64,000 nt of DNA from Bacilli bacterium (GTDB lineage Bacteria; Bacillota_I; Bacilli_A; RFN20; CAG-826). Location: NCBI GenBank assembly GCA_028705995.1, contig JAQWCH010000004.1, forward strand, positions 11,064 through 75,063. The letters run 5' to 3'. Below are positions 10,143 through 19,035 of the stretch, piece by piece (the stretch's first letter is position 1; every line of letters begins with the position of its first letter). Under the pieces are notes generated by a model. That model was given only the letters and a program-made list of their open reading frames with translations. It was not told the DNA's origin and did not search any database. The position numbers and the translations under genes are program-made.

Positions 10143-11252
10143 TTACACTTTTTCAAAATGTGTATCAGGATTATTTTTATCATATGGTTCGCTCGCCCAC
10201 ATAATAGTGACTAAATCGTGATCACCAATGTTAGTGATGTTGTGTGTATATCCAGTCGGAATATCAATGACGCGCAAGTCATCACCATTTACTTGATAAG
10301 TGATAATTTCAGTTGTGCCAATCTTGCGGAAATTAATTTCTGCTTGCCCGGAAACAACAAGAAATTTTTCGTTTTTCGTATGATGCCAGTGATTGCCTTT
10401 AGTAATGCCGGGTTTTGTAACATTAATTGATACTTGACCAGCGCCTTCAGAGCGTAAAAATTCTGTAAATGAACCGCGATCATCTTTATTCATTGTTAAC
10501 GCATATCCAAAATCATCTTCAGGGAGATAACTTAAATATGTTGCATAGAGTTTGCGGGTAAAATCATCATCAAGCTTAGGAACCATTAGCGTAGTTCTTG
10601 ATGCTTTAAATTGTCTAATCGTATTTGCCAGTTGACCAATTTTAATCGGATAATTTGGTTCAATAAAGTAGTAATCTTGAATTTTCACTTGCTGAGGATT
10701 TTCAATCATATCGAGCATTGTAAAAACTAAATCATCAATATAAATAAAATTAATCATGGCCTCGGGGTCATCAATCCGTATTGGTAAATCGCGGGCAATG
10801 TTATATGCAAAAGTTGCAATCACTGAGTTGTAATTAGGGCGTGACCATTTTCCAAAAAGATTACTTAGTCGATAAATAAAAACTGGCGTCCCCGTTCTAA
10901 TCGAAAATTCACGAAGATAATCCTCAGCCATTTTTTTGCTACGACCATAATCGTTATCCCGCTCTGCTTGAATTGTTGAGGAGTAAATGATTGGCGATTT
11001 GCAGCTATATTCTTCCATTAATGAGGTTAATTCAAATGTGAAATTAGCGTTTCCATTATAAAATTCGTCATTTGTTAGCGGGCGATTCACACCGGCCAAG
11101 TGCACGATAAAATCCGCTTCTTTAATCCATCTAACGAGTTCTTCTTTGGTTGAGCCTAAATCATATTCAAAAACTTGGTGACCTTTTTCATTGAGAACAA
11201 GGCAGAGATTTTTTCCGACAAAACCTTGCGCACCAGTGACGAGAATTTTCAT
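10143..11252 (-). CDS. CapF-like bifunctional SDR + C-terminal cupin nucleotide-sugar reductase/epimerase
   Basis: 369 aa. The N-terminal Rossmann motif is ILVTGAQGFVGKNL. The C-terminal cupin block is KGNHWHHTKNEKFLVVSG...IPTGYTHNITN. Architecture and length match CapF-type enzymes. Confidence 0.7.
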   Translation of the reverse strand: MKILVTGAQGFVGKNLCLVLNEKGHQVFEYDLGSTKEELVRWIKEADFIVHLAGVNRPLTNDEFYNGNANFTFELTSLMEEYSCKSPIIYSSTIQAERDNDYGRSKKMAEDYLREFSIRTGTPVFIYRLSNLFGKWSRPNYNSVIATFAYNIARDLPIRIDDPEAMINFIYIDDLVFTMLDMIENPQQVKIQDYYFIEPNYPIKIGQLANTIRQFKASRTTLMVPKLDDDFTRKLYATYLSYLPEDDFGYALTMNKDDRGSFTEFLRSEGAGQVSINVTKPGITKGNHWHHTKNEKFLVVSGQAEINFRKIGTTEIITYQVNGDDLRVIDIPTGYTHNITNIGDHDLVTIMWASEPYDKNNPDTHFEKV

Positions 11253-11253
11253 T

Positions 11254-12288
11254 TTAGATTCGCTCCTTTAAAATCATTAAGGTAGAATTTAAGCCATCTT
11301 TGATTGCATAAACTGGTTGCCAACCAAGTTTTTCAATTCGTGTGATGTCTTGAATCGCGTTAGTCGCAAGTGAGTAGCCGCGACCATCATATTCATCTTG
11401 TTGTTGGACTTCAACAACAACTCCAGCTAAGTTAGCGATAAGTTCAGCGATTTCTTTTAAGGAATGTTGCTCTAAATTCGCTACATTATACGCTACGCCA
11501 CTCTCTCCGTGATCAAGTAAATATACAAGCGCTAAAACGGCATCTGCTACATAGGTATAACTATAGCGTTGCTGACCAGCGCTCTTTAATACAATGCTTT
11601 GCTTATTTATCGCATTTCTTAAAAATTGTGAAACAGCTTTGCTATCATCAAGGCGCATTGTTGGACCAAATATACGTGAAAAGCGTGGTAATAAAACTTT
11701 AACATTTTTTTCGTTACTATAAGCAATTGCTAATGTTTCACTCGCGCGTTTACTTTCATTATAAGTGTTACGGACTTTTGTCGGATCTAAATAACCGTAA
11801 TCATCTTCTTTAATCGCTTTCCCTTTACCCTCACCATATACTTCGCAAGTTGATAAGAGCATAAATGTAGCTTGATTATTGTTAGCAACATCTAACAAAT
11901 TTTTAGTGCCAATAAAATTTATCAGCATTGTATCGATTGGGTGAGATGCATAATTCTTCGGATCAGTATACGAGGCAGCATGAATTACATAATCAAATTT
12001 TTCTTCTGTTTTGATTGGGTTTTGAACATCAGTAATAATTGGGATAAGGCGTGGATCATCAAGATGGGCTGTAAAACGTTTGTTGAATGACATTTGTGAA
12101 CGCGTTAAAGCAAAAAACGTGATATCAAAATTTACATCACTTAGTAATACATCAATCAAAAATGAGGCAATCATCCCTGTCGCGCCGGAAATGAGTATTT
12201 TCTTACCACGCAAAAAGTTTTTATCAAGTTTTTTCAAAACATCGTTTAACTCTTGCAGATAAGCAGGTATTGCATAAATATTCTTCAT
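11254..12288 (-). CDS. Extended SDR NAD(P)-dependent epimerase/dehydratase/reductase (possible ribulose-5-P reductase partner of the adjacent cytidylyltransferase)
   Basis: 344 aa with the Rossmann motif ISGATGMIASFL and catalytic YNESK (YxxxK). It has 1-nt stop/start overlaps with both neighbours. Confidence 0.6.
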   Translation of the reverse strand: MKNIYAIPAYLQELNDVLKKLDKNFLRGKKILISGATGMIASFLIDVLLSDVNFDITFFALTRSQMSFNKRFTAHLDDPRLIPIITDVQNPIKTEEKFDYVIHAASYTDPKNYASHPIDTMLINFIGTKNLLDVANNNQATFMLLSTCEVYGEGKGKAIKEDDYGYLDPTKVRNTYNESKRASETLAIAYSNEKNVKVLLPRFSRIFGPTMRLDDSKAVSQFLRNAINKQSIVLKSAGQQRYSYTYVADAVLALVYLLDHGESGVAYNVANLEQHSLKEIAELIANLAGVVVEVQQQDEYDGRGYSLATNAIQDITRIEKLGWQPVYAIKDGLNSTLMILKERI

Positions 12289-12995
12289 TAAATTAGATCT
12301 TCCTCACTAAATTTTTTTAAGGCTTTAAAAAGTGCAATATCATCACTTGTAGTAATTTTGACGTTATTAGCAAATCCCCGAGAAAAATAAAGCCGATAAC
12401 CTAATTCGATAAAAAGCGTATTGCAATAAACGCTATTTGTGATGCCACGGGCAAAGGCTTGCTCGTATACATTGATTAAATCTACAAATTTATACGCTTG
12501 CGGTGTTTGTACGCGCCGCACATATTTGCGGTCAAGCGATTCAATGCCGGAGCGCTGATCATCGGTCAAAATGACGGTTTCTTGCATTGGTAGCGAGGAT
12601 ACAGCATTACCATATTCCTGACAGACTTTTAACAAATCATCAATAATTGGCTGAGGAACAATTGGGCGAATCGCATCATGAATAATAATGATATCATCAG
12701 CTTTTGCGTATCCTTTTAAACTAAAAATTCCATTTTGTGTGCTTAAATGACCGGTTTCTCCACCAGCCACAACTTGAGAAACTTTTGTGAGTTTATATGT
12801 AGCGACCAAATGCCAAACTTCATCAATGTAGTCGGATAGTGACACAATTACAATCGCATCAATATCTGGATGATTTTGAAAAGCTTCCAATGTATAAACG
12901 ATAATTGGTTTTTCATCAACCAGCACAAATTGTTTGGGAATGCCGGCATGAAGACGAGCACCGACGCCACCAGCTAAAATTAATGCAAAATTCAT
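12288..12995 (-). CDS. IspD/TarI-family cytidylyltransferase (candidate ribitol-5-phosphate cytidylyltransferase)
   Basis: Trimmed to the ATG at 12995 (MNFALILAGGVGARLHAGIPKQF), the typical N-terminal nucleotide-binding loop of the IspD/TarI family. The ORF-track extension would overlap galE. Confidence 0.7.
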   Translation of the reverse strand: MNFALILAGGVGARLHAGIPKQFVLVDEKPIIVYTLEAFQNHPDIDAIVIVSLSDYIDEVWHLVATYKLTKVSQVVAGGETGHLSTQNGIFSLKGYAKADDIIIIHDAIRPIVPQPIIDDLLKVCQEYGNAVSSLPMQETVILTDDQRSGIESLDRKYVRRVQTPQAYKFVDLINVYEQAFARGITNSVYCNTLFIELGYRLYFSRGFANNVKITTSDDIALFKALKKFSEEDLI

Positions 12996-13003
12996 CTTTT
13001 TGC

Positions 13004-14014
13004 CTATAGTCCTTGTGGATTCTTGATTTGCCAATTCCACGCATCGCGGCAACAGTCCTCGATATTAAATTTTGCTTTCCAGTTCATCTCTTTTTCGGCT
13101 TTTTGCACTGAGGCATAATTTTGATCAATATCGCCTGGCCGGCGTGGGTCAATAATATATGGAATTTTTACCTGATTAACCCGCTCAAACGCATGGATAA
13201 GTTCAAGTACGCTAGTACCGTTACCCGTCCCCAAATTATAAATAACAACACCCGGATTTTCCTGTAGTTTCTTGATTGCTGCAACATGTCCACGCGCTAA
13301 ATCGACAACATGAATATAATCACGAACACCAGTTCCATCAACTGTTTGATAGTCATTACCATAAACATGTAGTACAGGTAATTTACCAACAGCAACTTGC
13401 GTAATGTAGGGCATTAAATTATTCGGAATGCCGCGTGGATCTTCACCAATTTCACCGCTTTGGTGGGCGCCAATCGGATTGAAGTAGCGCAAAATCGCAA
13501 TATTCATTATTGGATTGGCTTTTTGCACATCTCGTAAAATCATCTCAATCATTAATTTGGTTGTCCCGTAAGGATTTGTTGTCCCGCCAATTTTATCTTC
13601 TTCAGTTAATGGAACATGATCAACATCACCATAGACGGTCGCACTTGATGAAAACACTAAATTTCGTACTTGATGTTTAATCATCAGTGCTAAAAGAGTT
13701 AATGTGCTATCCAGATTGTTTTGATAATATTCTAAAGGCTTTGAAACTGATTCGCCAACCGCTTTTAATCCAGCAAAATGAATTACATCACTAATTTGAT
13801 GCTCAAGAAAGACCCGTTCTAATTCATCTTTATGACATACATCAACTTGATAAAATAGAGGCTTTTTACCAGTAATTTTTTTAATCCGATTTAAAACTTC
13901 CGGCTTTGAATTGCTAAGGTTATCAACAATAACAACCTCAAATCCCCGCTCAATTAATTCAACAACTGTATGACTACCAATGTAGCCAGTACCACCAGTA
14001 ACTAATACCGCCAT
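13004..14014 (-). CDS. galE: UDP-glucose 4-epimerase
   Basis: 336 aa with VLVTGGTGYIGSH, catalytic YGTTK, and GalE-like sequence throughout. Confidence 0.9.
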   Translation of the reverse strand: MAVLVTGGTGYIGSHTVVELIERGFEVVIVDNLSNSKPEVLNRIKKITGKKPLFYQVDVCHKDELERVFLEHQISDVIHFAGLKAVGESVSKPLEYYQNNLDSTLTLLALMIKHQVRNLVFSSSATVYGDVDHVPLTEEDKIGGTTNPYGTTKLMIEMILRDVQKANPIMNIAILRYFNPIGAHQSGEIGEDPRGIPNNLMPYITQVAVGKLPVLHVYGNDYQTVDGTGVRDYIHVVDLARGHVAAIKKLQENPGVVIYNLGTGNGTSVLELIHAFERVNQVKIPYIIDPRRPGDIDQNYASVQKAEKEMNWKAKFNIEDCCRDAWNWQIKNPQGL

Positions 14015-14016
14015 AA

Positions 14017-15219
14017 TTATGCCCTCTTTAATACGTATTCACGAAATTGGTTTGCTTCTTCAAGTGTTTTGAAACGGCCCATATAGAACACGTCACCCAT
14101 TCCTGGTGCCAGTACTTTTGGATACCGACCCGCCATTTTGATTGCAACGCCATAGGTTGAAATTATTTCTTCTTCATTATGTAAATAGCTACCGGCATGT
14201 GCATCACGCCGTGCCACTTCCATACAATAGTATTGATGAGCGCCAACCTTAACTGTAGTTAAATCCTTTGCCATCATTTCTGCATATATTTGATAGACGT
14301 CCGTACTTAAGGCAAAATTGTACATATCTGGTGTATATCCGCCCGCTGGACGCATATTAACTTCAAGGGCAACAATGTCGCCTTTTTTGCCTAAGTTTTT
14401 ATGATCTTTTTTTAGTCGGAAAAACTCAAGATGGAAAAAGCGTTTTTGAACACCAAAAGCTTTTAATACTTTTTTACCAATTTCGGATAAATCTTCATCA
14501 ACTGTTGGTTGGGTATAATAATAATCGTCGTCTAAATTGTTTACGATGTCATCATTGGGGCAAGGAAAGACATTTTGTGCCGCAAATATTGGTTCACAGT
14601 GGCTATTAGTAATTCCATCATAAGAAATTACTGTCCCATCGATAAACTCTTCCATGATATAAGTGATGATCGGATCTTTATTAAGAAAGAACGTTTTTAA
14701 TTCGTCTTCGCTGGCAATGCGATATGTTCCAACAGCGCCAACACCAATATTTGGTTTAATGAAAACCGGATAGCCGACTTTTTGAATAAATTGTTCCGCG
14801 CCAGCTAAATCTTCTAGTAATTGAAAGCGCGCAACAGGAACACCAGCTTTTTGATAATATTCTTTCATCGCTGATTTCATTTTAACTCGCATAATTGTCT
14901 CGTTAGTAAAACCGCCACCGATATTAAAATCAGTGCGTAATTTGGCATCACTAATTAACCAATATTCATTATTTGATTCCAAAAATTCGATTTTGCCATA
15001 TTTAAACGCAAAAAATGCAACAGCGCGGTAGAGGCTATCGTAGTTCTCCATATCCGCACAATAATAGTACTCCGTCAATGCATCGACGAGATCACTGCTT
15101 AGTTCATGATAGGGCGCATTGCCGATACCTAAAACATTGAAACCATTTTTCTTCAATGCGGCGGCAAAGCGATAATATGTCATTGGAAATTGTGGCGAGA
15201 TTAAGATGAAGTTGCGCAT
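14017..15219 (-). CDS. ATP-grasp domain ligase of unknown specificity, first gene of the glycan operon
   Basis: 400 aa. The central ATP-grasp pattern is AGVPVARF...GYPVFIKPNIGVGAVGTYRI...IMEEFIDG...LEVNMRPAGG. The spacing to galE is very short (stop at 14017, galE start at 14014). Confidence 0.65.
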   Translation of the reverse strand: MRNFILISPQFPMTYYRFAAALKKNGFNVLGIGNAPYHELSSDLVDALTEYYYCADMENYDSLYRAVAFFAFKYGKIEFLESNNEYWLISDAKLRTDFNIGGGFTNETIMRVKMKSAMKEYYQKAGVPVARFQLLEDLAGAEQFIQKVGYPVFIKPNIGVGAVGTYRIASEDELKTFFLNKDPIITYIMEEFIDGTVISYDGITNSHCEPIFAAQNVFPCPNDDIVNNLDDDYYYTQPTVDEDLSEIGKKVLKAFGVQKRFFHLEFFRLKKDHKNLGKKGDIVALEVNMRPAGGYTPDMYNFALSTDVYQIYAEMMAKDLTTVKVGAHQYYCMEVARRDAHAGSYLHNEEEIISTYGVAIKMAGRYPKVLAPGMGDVFYMGRFKTLEEANQFREYVLKRA

Positions 15220-15301
15220 ATAACCCTCCTAGAAATACATACCACCTTGATTATATGCGAAAAGCCCTATAATTTCATCTATTGCTCACTTAATATAAAA
15301 C

Positions 15302-15334
15302 TAAAAATAAACAAAAAGCCTTCAAAGAAGGCTT
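15302..15334 (-). terminator. Rho-independent terminator after the alpha/beta hydrolase gene
   Basis: Hairpin aagccttc-aaa-gaaggctt (15316-15334), followed on the minus strand by TTTTTGTTTATTTTT. Confidence 0.7.
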
Positions 15335-15387
15335 GTGTTTGTTGTTTTAGCGACCGAATCGGATGTAATTAATGCTCTTAAATATAA

Positions 15388-16311
15388 TTATTCGCTAACA
15401 CTAAAATCTTTTTTTAAGAACGCTAAGATATCCTGATAAACTTCCTGCTTATTAACTTCATTTAAAACTTCGTGACGCATATTTGGATATATTTTGTGTT
15501 CAAGATTTTTAAGACCATGATTTTGATAAAGATTAAACAGTTTTGTAACTCCCTTACCTTTGCCACCAACAGGATCATCAGCACCCGCGAAAATCGCAAT
15601 TGGGAGGTCCTTATCGATTTTATTCAAGAATTTTTTACGATAAAGGCGATTTAATCCTTTAAGAAATTCGCGATAGAAACCTTTTGAAGAACCTTTTCCT
15701 GAAAGTGAGTCCGCAGTATACGTTTCAACATTTTCCGAATTATATGAAATCCAATCATTGATATTTTTACGATCCTTAATACTGTTTTGATAACCGCCAA
15801 TTGCCATTGCTGCCAATAGTTTAGATGGTTTATCGTAACTTTTTTTACCCACCGTCAACCGCGCCAGCAAATAACCAATTTTAACAGTAAACATTGGGCC
15901 ATTTGTTCCGGTCAAAACAATCTTATCAACGTGTTTACCAAACCGTTGGGCATAATCTTGTAGCATAAATGAGCCCATAGAGTGACCGATTAAATAAATC
16001 GGAACTGATGATGCTCGTAATTTTTGTACTAATTCATCGATTGTATAAACAAATTTACGAAATGCACTTTCTGGTACACAGCCAAGTTTTTGACCTCCAG
16101 CTTCAACGTTCATGCCTTGGCCATAGAAATCTAAAGAAAAAACACTATATCCTTGACTGTTTAAGAACGACGCAAAATCATTATAACGTCCGGTGTGTTC
16201 TTCCATTCCTGTTAAGATAACAACGTTAGCGGTTGGTTCTTCAACTGGCCAAGAACGTCCATAAAAAACCGAACCATCGTTCTTCACCATGCTAATTTTT
16301 ACTTCAGCCAT
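15388..16311 (-). CDS. Alpha/beta hydrolase (lysophospholipase / monoacylglycerol lipase-like)
   Basis: 307 aa with the nucleophile elbow GHSMGS and a C-terminal H in MRHEVLNE. Confidence 0.7.
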   Translation of the reverse strand: MAEVKISMVKNDGSVFYGRSWPVEEPTANVVILTGMEEHTGRYNDFASFLNSQGYSVFSLDFYGQGMNVEAGGQKLGCVPESAFRKFVYTIDELVQKLRASSVPIYLIGHSMGSFMLQDYAQRFGKHVDKIVLTGTNGPMFTVKIGYLLARLTVGKKSYDKPSKLLAAMAIGGYQNSIKDRKNINDWISYNSENVETYTADSLSGKGSSKGFYREFLKGLNRLYRKKFLNKIDKDLPIAIFAGADDPVGGKGKGVTKLFNLYQNHGLKNLEHKIYPNMRHEVLNEVNKQEVYQDILAFLKKDFSVSE

Positions 16312-16376
16312 ATATCTACCTCTCTAGATGCTTCTATGATAAAACAAAAACAATAACTGTTGTATTGTTTTTACAC

Positions 16377-16931
16377 CTATTCAATCGACTTTCCAAGTTC
16401 GTAAGCTTGGCGAATAACGTCAAGTTGTTCAACCGCTCGTTCTTCCTTAACACCACCAACAGTGATAATACCGAGATTTTCCCATTTTAATTCTTTTGCA
16501 ATGAAATGATAGTTTTCAGTGATTAAATCGAAGGCTTTAGGATCGGTGCTTTCGCCAGCAACAAGTAAAATTGATTGAGATATCTTTAAATCGCGTTTAC
16601 GAAAATCAACTTGATAAGCGTATAACTTGTCGATAAACGCTTTAATCGCACTTGAAAAATTACCCCAATAAAGTGGAGTCGCTATTACAATAATGTTTGA
16701 AACATGAAGATAAGGGGCAATTTGATTAAAGGCATCATCAACAATACAAGGTTTGCCTTTTGACCAACATTTATCGCATCCGCGACAAGGGTATATGACT
16801 TTTAACGCCGCATCAAACCTACGGACAGCGTTACCGTTCTTGCGGGCACCACGAATAAAAGCCTTAGCAAGACTCATTGAATTTCCTTCGGTGCGGGCGC
16901 TACCGGTTATTACAAGAATATTTTTTGGCAT
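16377..16931 (-). CDS. Flavodoxin-like FMN reductase / iron-sulfur flavoprotein family
   Basis: 184 aa with the N-terminal ILVITGSARTEGNS and a compact Cys cluster CRGCDKCWSKGKPC, as seen in Isf-type proteins. Confidence 0.65.
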   Translation of the reverse strand: MPKNILVITGSARTEGNSMSLAKAFIRGARKNGNAVRRFDAALKVIYPCRGCDKCWSKGKPCIVDDAFNQIAPYLHVSNIIVIATPLYWGNFSSAIKAFIDKLYAYQVDFRKRDLKISQSILLVAGESTDPKAFDLITENYHFIAKELKWENLGIITVGGVKEERAVEQLDVIRQAYELGKSIE

Positions 16932-17077
16932 TGGCGATATTGATACTCCTTAAAAATCTACACTTTCATTATAGCAAAAAATAATGATGAATATAATAAG
17001 AATCGGGTGCTTTATAACCGAATAATGCGCCTTTTTGGTTTTTAGTAGAGCTTTTTTGAATTATTAATAAATTTTTA

Positions 17078-17992
17078 TTAAAGCTGTCTGTACGGATTAA
17101 CGTGAACCATAATATGTTTGATGTCAGAAAAATCTTTTTCAATCAAATCATGAACATTTTCAGCAATGGCATGAGCAGCGTTTAAAGTAATTGTCGGATC
17201 AACAGCAATCTCAACATCAACATAAATTTTTGCACCAAAAATTCGTGTGCGAAGCACATCAATACTTAAAACGCCGGGGACTTCGTTAATTGTATGTTTT
17301 ATTTGATCAACAAGTTCTTGTGGGGCCGCCCGGTCAATCATCTGATTTAAAGAATTAACCAGAATGCGAATCGCAGAATATAAAATAAGTAAGGCTGAAA
17401 TAAGCGCGGCAACTGCATCTAATATCGGTAGTCTTAACGTAATCGCTAATACGATACCAATGAGGGTGACTCCTGTTGCAAAAACATCAATTTGATGATC
17501 AAGAGCGATTCCGCGCACTGATGTTGAACCGGTCTTACGTGCTGTGCGATATGTGAAAACAAACAAAGCTTCTTTAATCAACATCGCAACCCCCGCCACA
17601 ATTGAAGTTATGACATCTGGTAGGCGTAACGTTGTTTCTTGGCCGATAATAATCGTTGAAACTGCTGAAGCCCCAATCCCAAAAGCGGCTAAAATAAAAA
17701 TAATGGCAAGAATAATTGAAGCCACATTATCAAATCTTTCATGACCAAATTGGTGTTCATTATCAGCTGATTTTTGTGATTTTTTCACACCAATAACAAC
17801 GACAATTGTCGAAATTACGTCATCAATTGAGTTAACCGCATCGGAAACTAATGCCTGCGAGCCTCCAATAATTCCCACAATTAGTTTGCCTAATGCCAAA
17901 AATATATTGGCAAATAGCGATATAAAAGTGGCTCGATTATTAGCGCGGTCATTATGTGATTTTGCTTGTTCACTCATTTTTTTCGATTCCAT
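17078..17992 (-). CDS. Cation diffusion facilitator (CDF) family metal efflux transporter
   Basis: 304 aa with six hydrophobic helices plus a cytoplasmic C-terminal domain. Asp/His-rich helix motifs are present: SDAVNSIDD and ALDHQIDV. An alternative ATG at 17977 would form an ATGA overlap with the upstream gene. Confidence 0.8.
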   Translation of the reverse strand: MESKKMSEQAKSHNDRANNRATFISLFANIFLALGKLIVGIIGGSQALVSDAVNSIDDVISTIVVVIGVKKSQKSADNEHQFGHERFDNVASIILAIIFILAAFGIGASAVSTIIIGQETTLRLPDVITSIVAGVAMLIKEALFVFTYRTARKTGSTSVRGIALDHQIDVFATGVTLIGIVLAITLRLPILDAVAALISALLILYSAIRILVNSLNQMIDRAAPQELVDQIKHTINEVPGVLSIDVLRTRIFGAKIYVDVEIAVDPTITLNAAHAIAENVHDLIEKDFSDIKHIMVHVNPYRQL

Positions 17993-18900
17993 CCGTTGAT
18001 ATGAATTTTATCACTATCAAGTAATAGATGTGGGGATTTTTTTTCGTTTGGATAGCCATAGGCAATCATACCAAATAACTTCATATTCGCAGGCGCTTTT
18101 AGTTTTTCTTCCACTAAATGCCGCCACTCAGAATTTGCTGCTCCGACCCACACTCCGCCAAGACCAAGTGCGTGAATTGCTAGAAGCATATTTTCAATCG
18201 TCGCTGATGCATCGTTATTTAATAAAAATGTATCATTTTCAATATTGATATCGCCAAATACTGCAAAAGATTGTGGGGCATCTTTAATCTTTTTCCCATA
18301 TTCGTTGTTATCGAGTAACTGGTTACTTAATGCACTGTCAGCAATACTGACAATATGAATTGGTTGGCGATTATGGGCAGTTGGCGCAGCAAGACCAGCA
18401 ATCATAATTTTTTTAATTAAGTCTTTTTCAACAGGAAAATTAGACCATTTACGAATACTCCGCCGACTCAAAATAGAATCATAGGGCGTCTCTTCTTTCG
18501 TGGTTGGTTTTTCTTGGAAAAAAGTCAATAAATCTTTCCGAGTAACAATACCTATAAACATTGAGCGGTCATCTAAAACGGGGATAAAGTTTTGATCTAG
18601 TGATAAACGGTATAATTCTTCCACATGTGCCGTGATATAAACTGGACGATTATCAATCTTCCGCGGAATCGATATCACTGGGAAATCCTCAGCTTTTTTT
18701 AAATTCAAAAATGCATAATCTTTAATAAACCAAAGAATATCCCCTTCGGTGATTGTGCCAAGATATTCACCTTTTTGACTCAGAATTGGAATAGCAGAAT
18801 AACGGTGGACATGCATTTTTTCTAATGTTTGGCGAACGGTAAAGTCATCAATAATATACGCGACTTCGCTTTTCGGTTTTAAAAAATGAATGATGTTCAT
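17974..18900 (-). CDS. CBS-pair domain fused to a nitroreductase-family domain
   Basis: 308 aa. Residues ~1-130 form two CBS repeats (...HRYSAIPILSQKGEYLGTITEGDIL..., ...NFIPVLDDRSMFIGIVTRKDLL). Residues ~140-308 are nitroreductase-like (SRRSIRKW...APTAHNRQP...GLGGVWVG). Confidence 0.7.
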   Translation of the reverse strand: MNIIHFLKPKSEVAYIIDDFTVRQTLEKMHVHRYSAIPILSQKGEYLGTITEGDILWFIKDYAFLNLKKAEDFPVISIPRKIDNRPVYITAHVEELYRLSLDQNFIPVLDDRSMFIGIVTRKDLLTFFQEKPTTKEETPYDSILSRRSIRKWSNFPVEKDLIKKIMIAGLAAPTAHNRQPIHIVSIADSALSNQLLDNNEYGKKIKDAPQSFAVFGDINIENDTFLLNNDASATIENMLLAIHALGLGGVWVGAANSEWRHLVEEKLKAPANMKLFGMIAYGYPNEKKSPHLLLDSDKIHINGWNRKK

Positions 18901-18983
18901 GATTAATTCTCCGTTCTAATTAGTAATATTATAACATTCTTGATTTTCAAGAAATTGATAAAGTTATTTTAAATGTCGATAAA

Positions 18984-19015
18984 TAAAAAAAGTTAGGCTT
19001 TGGATAAACCTAACT
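18984..19015 (-). terminator. Rho-independent terminator after the LacI-family gene
   Basis: Hairpin agttagg-(11 nt)-cctaact (18991-19015), followed on the minus strand by a T-run. Confidence 0.6.
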
Positions 19016-19035
19016 ACTTATTGAAAATGACAAAT

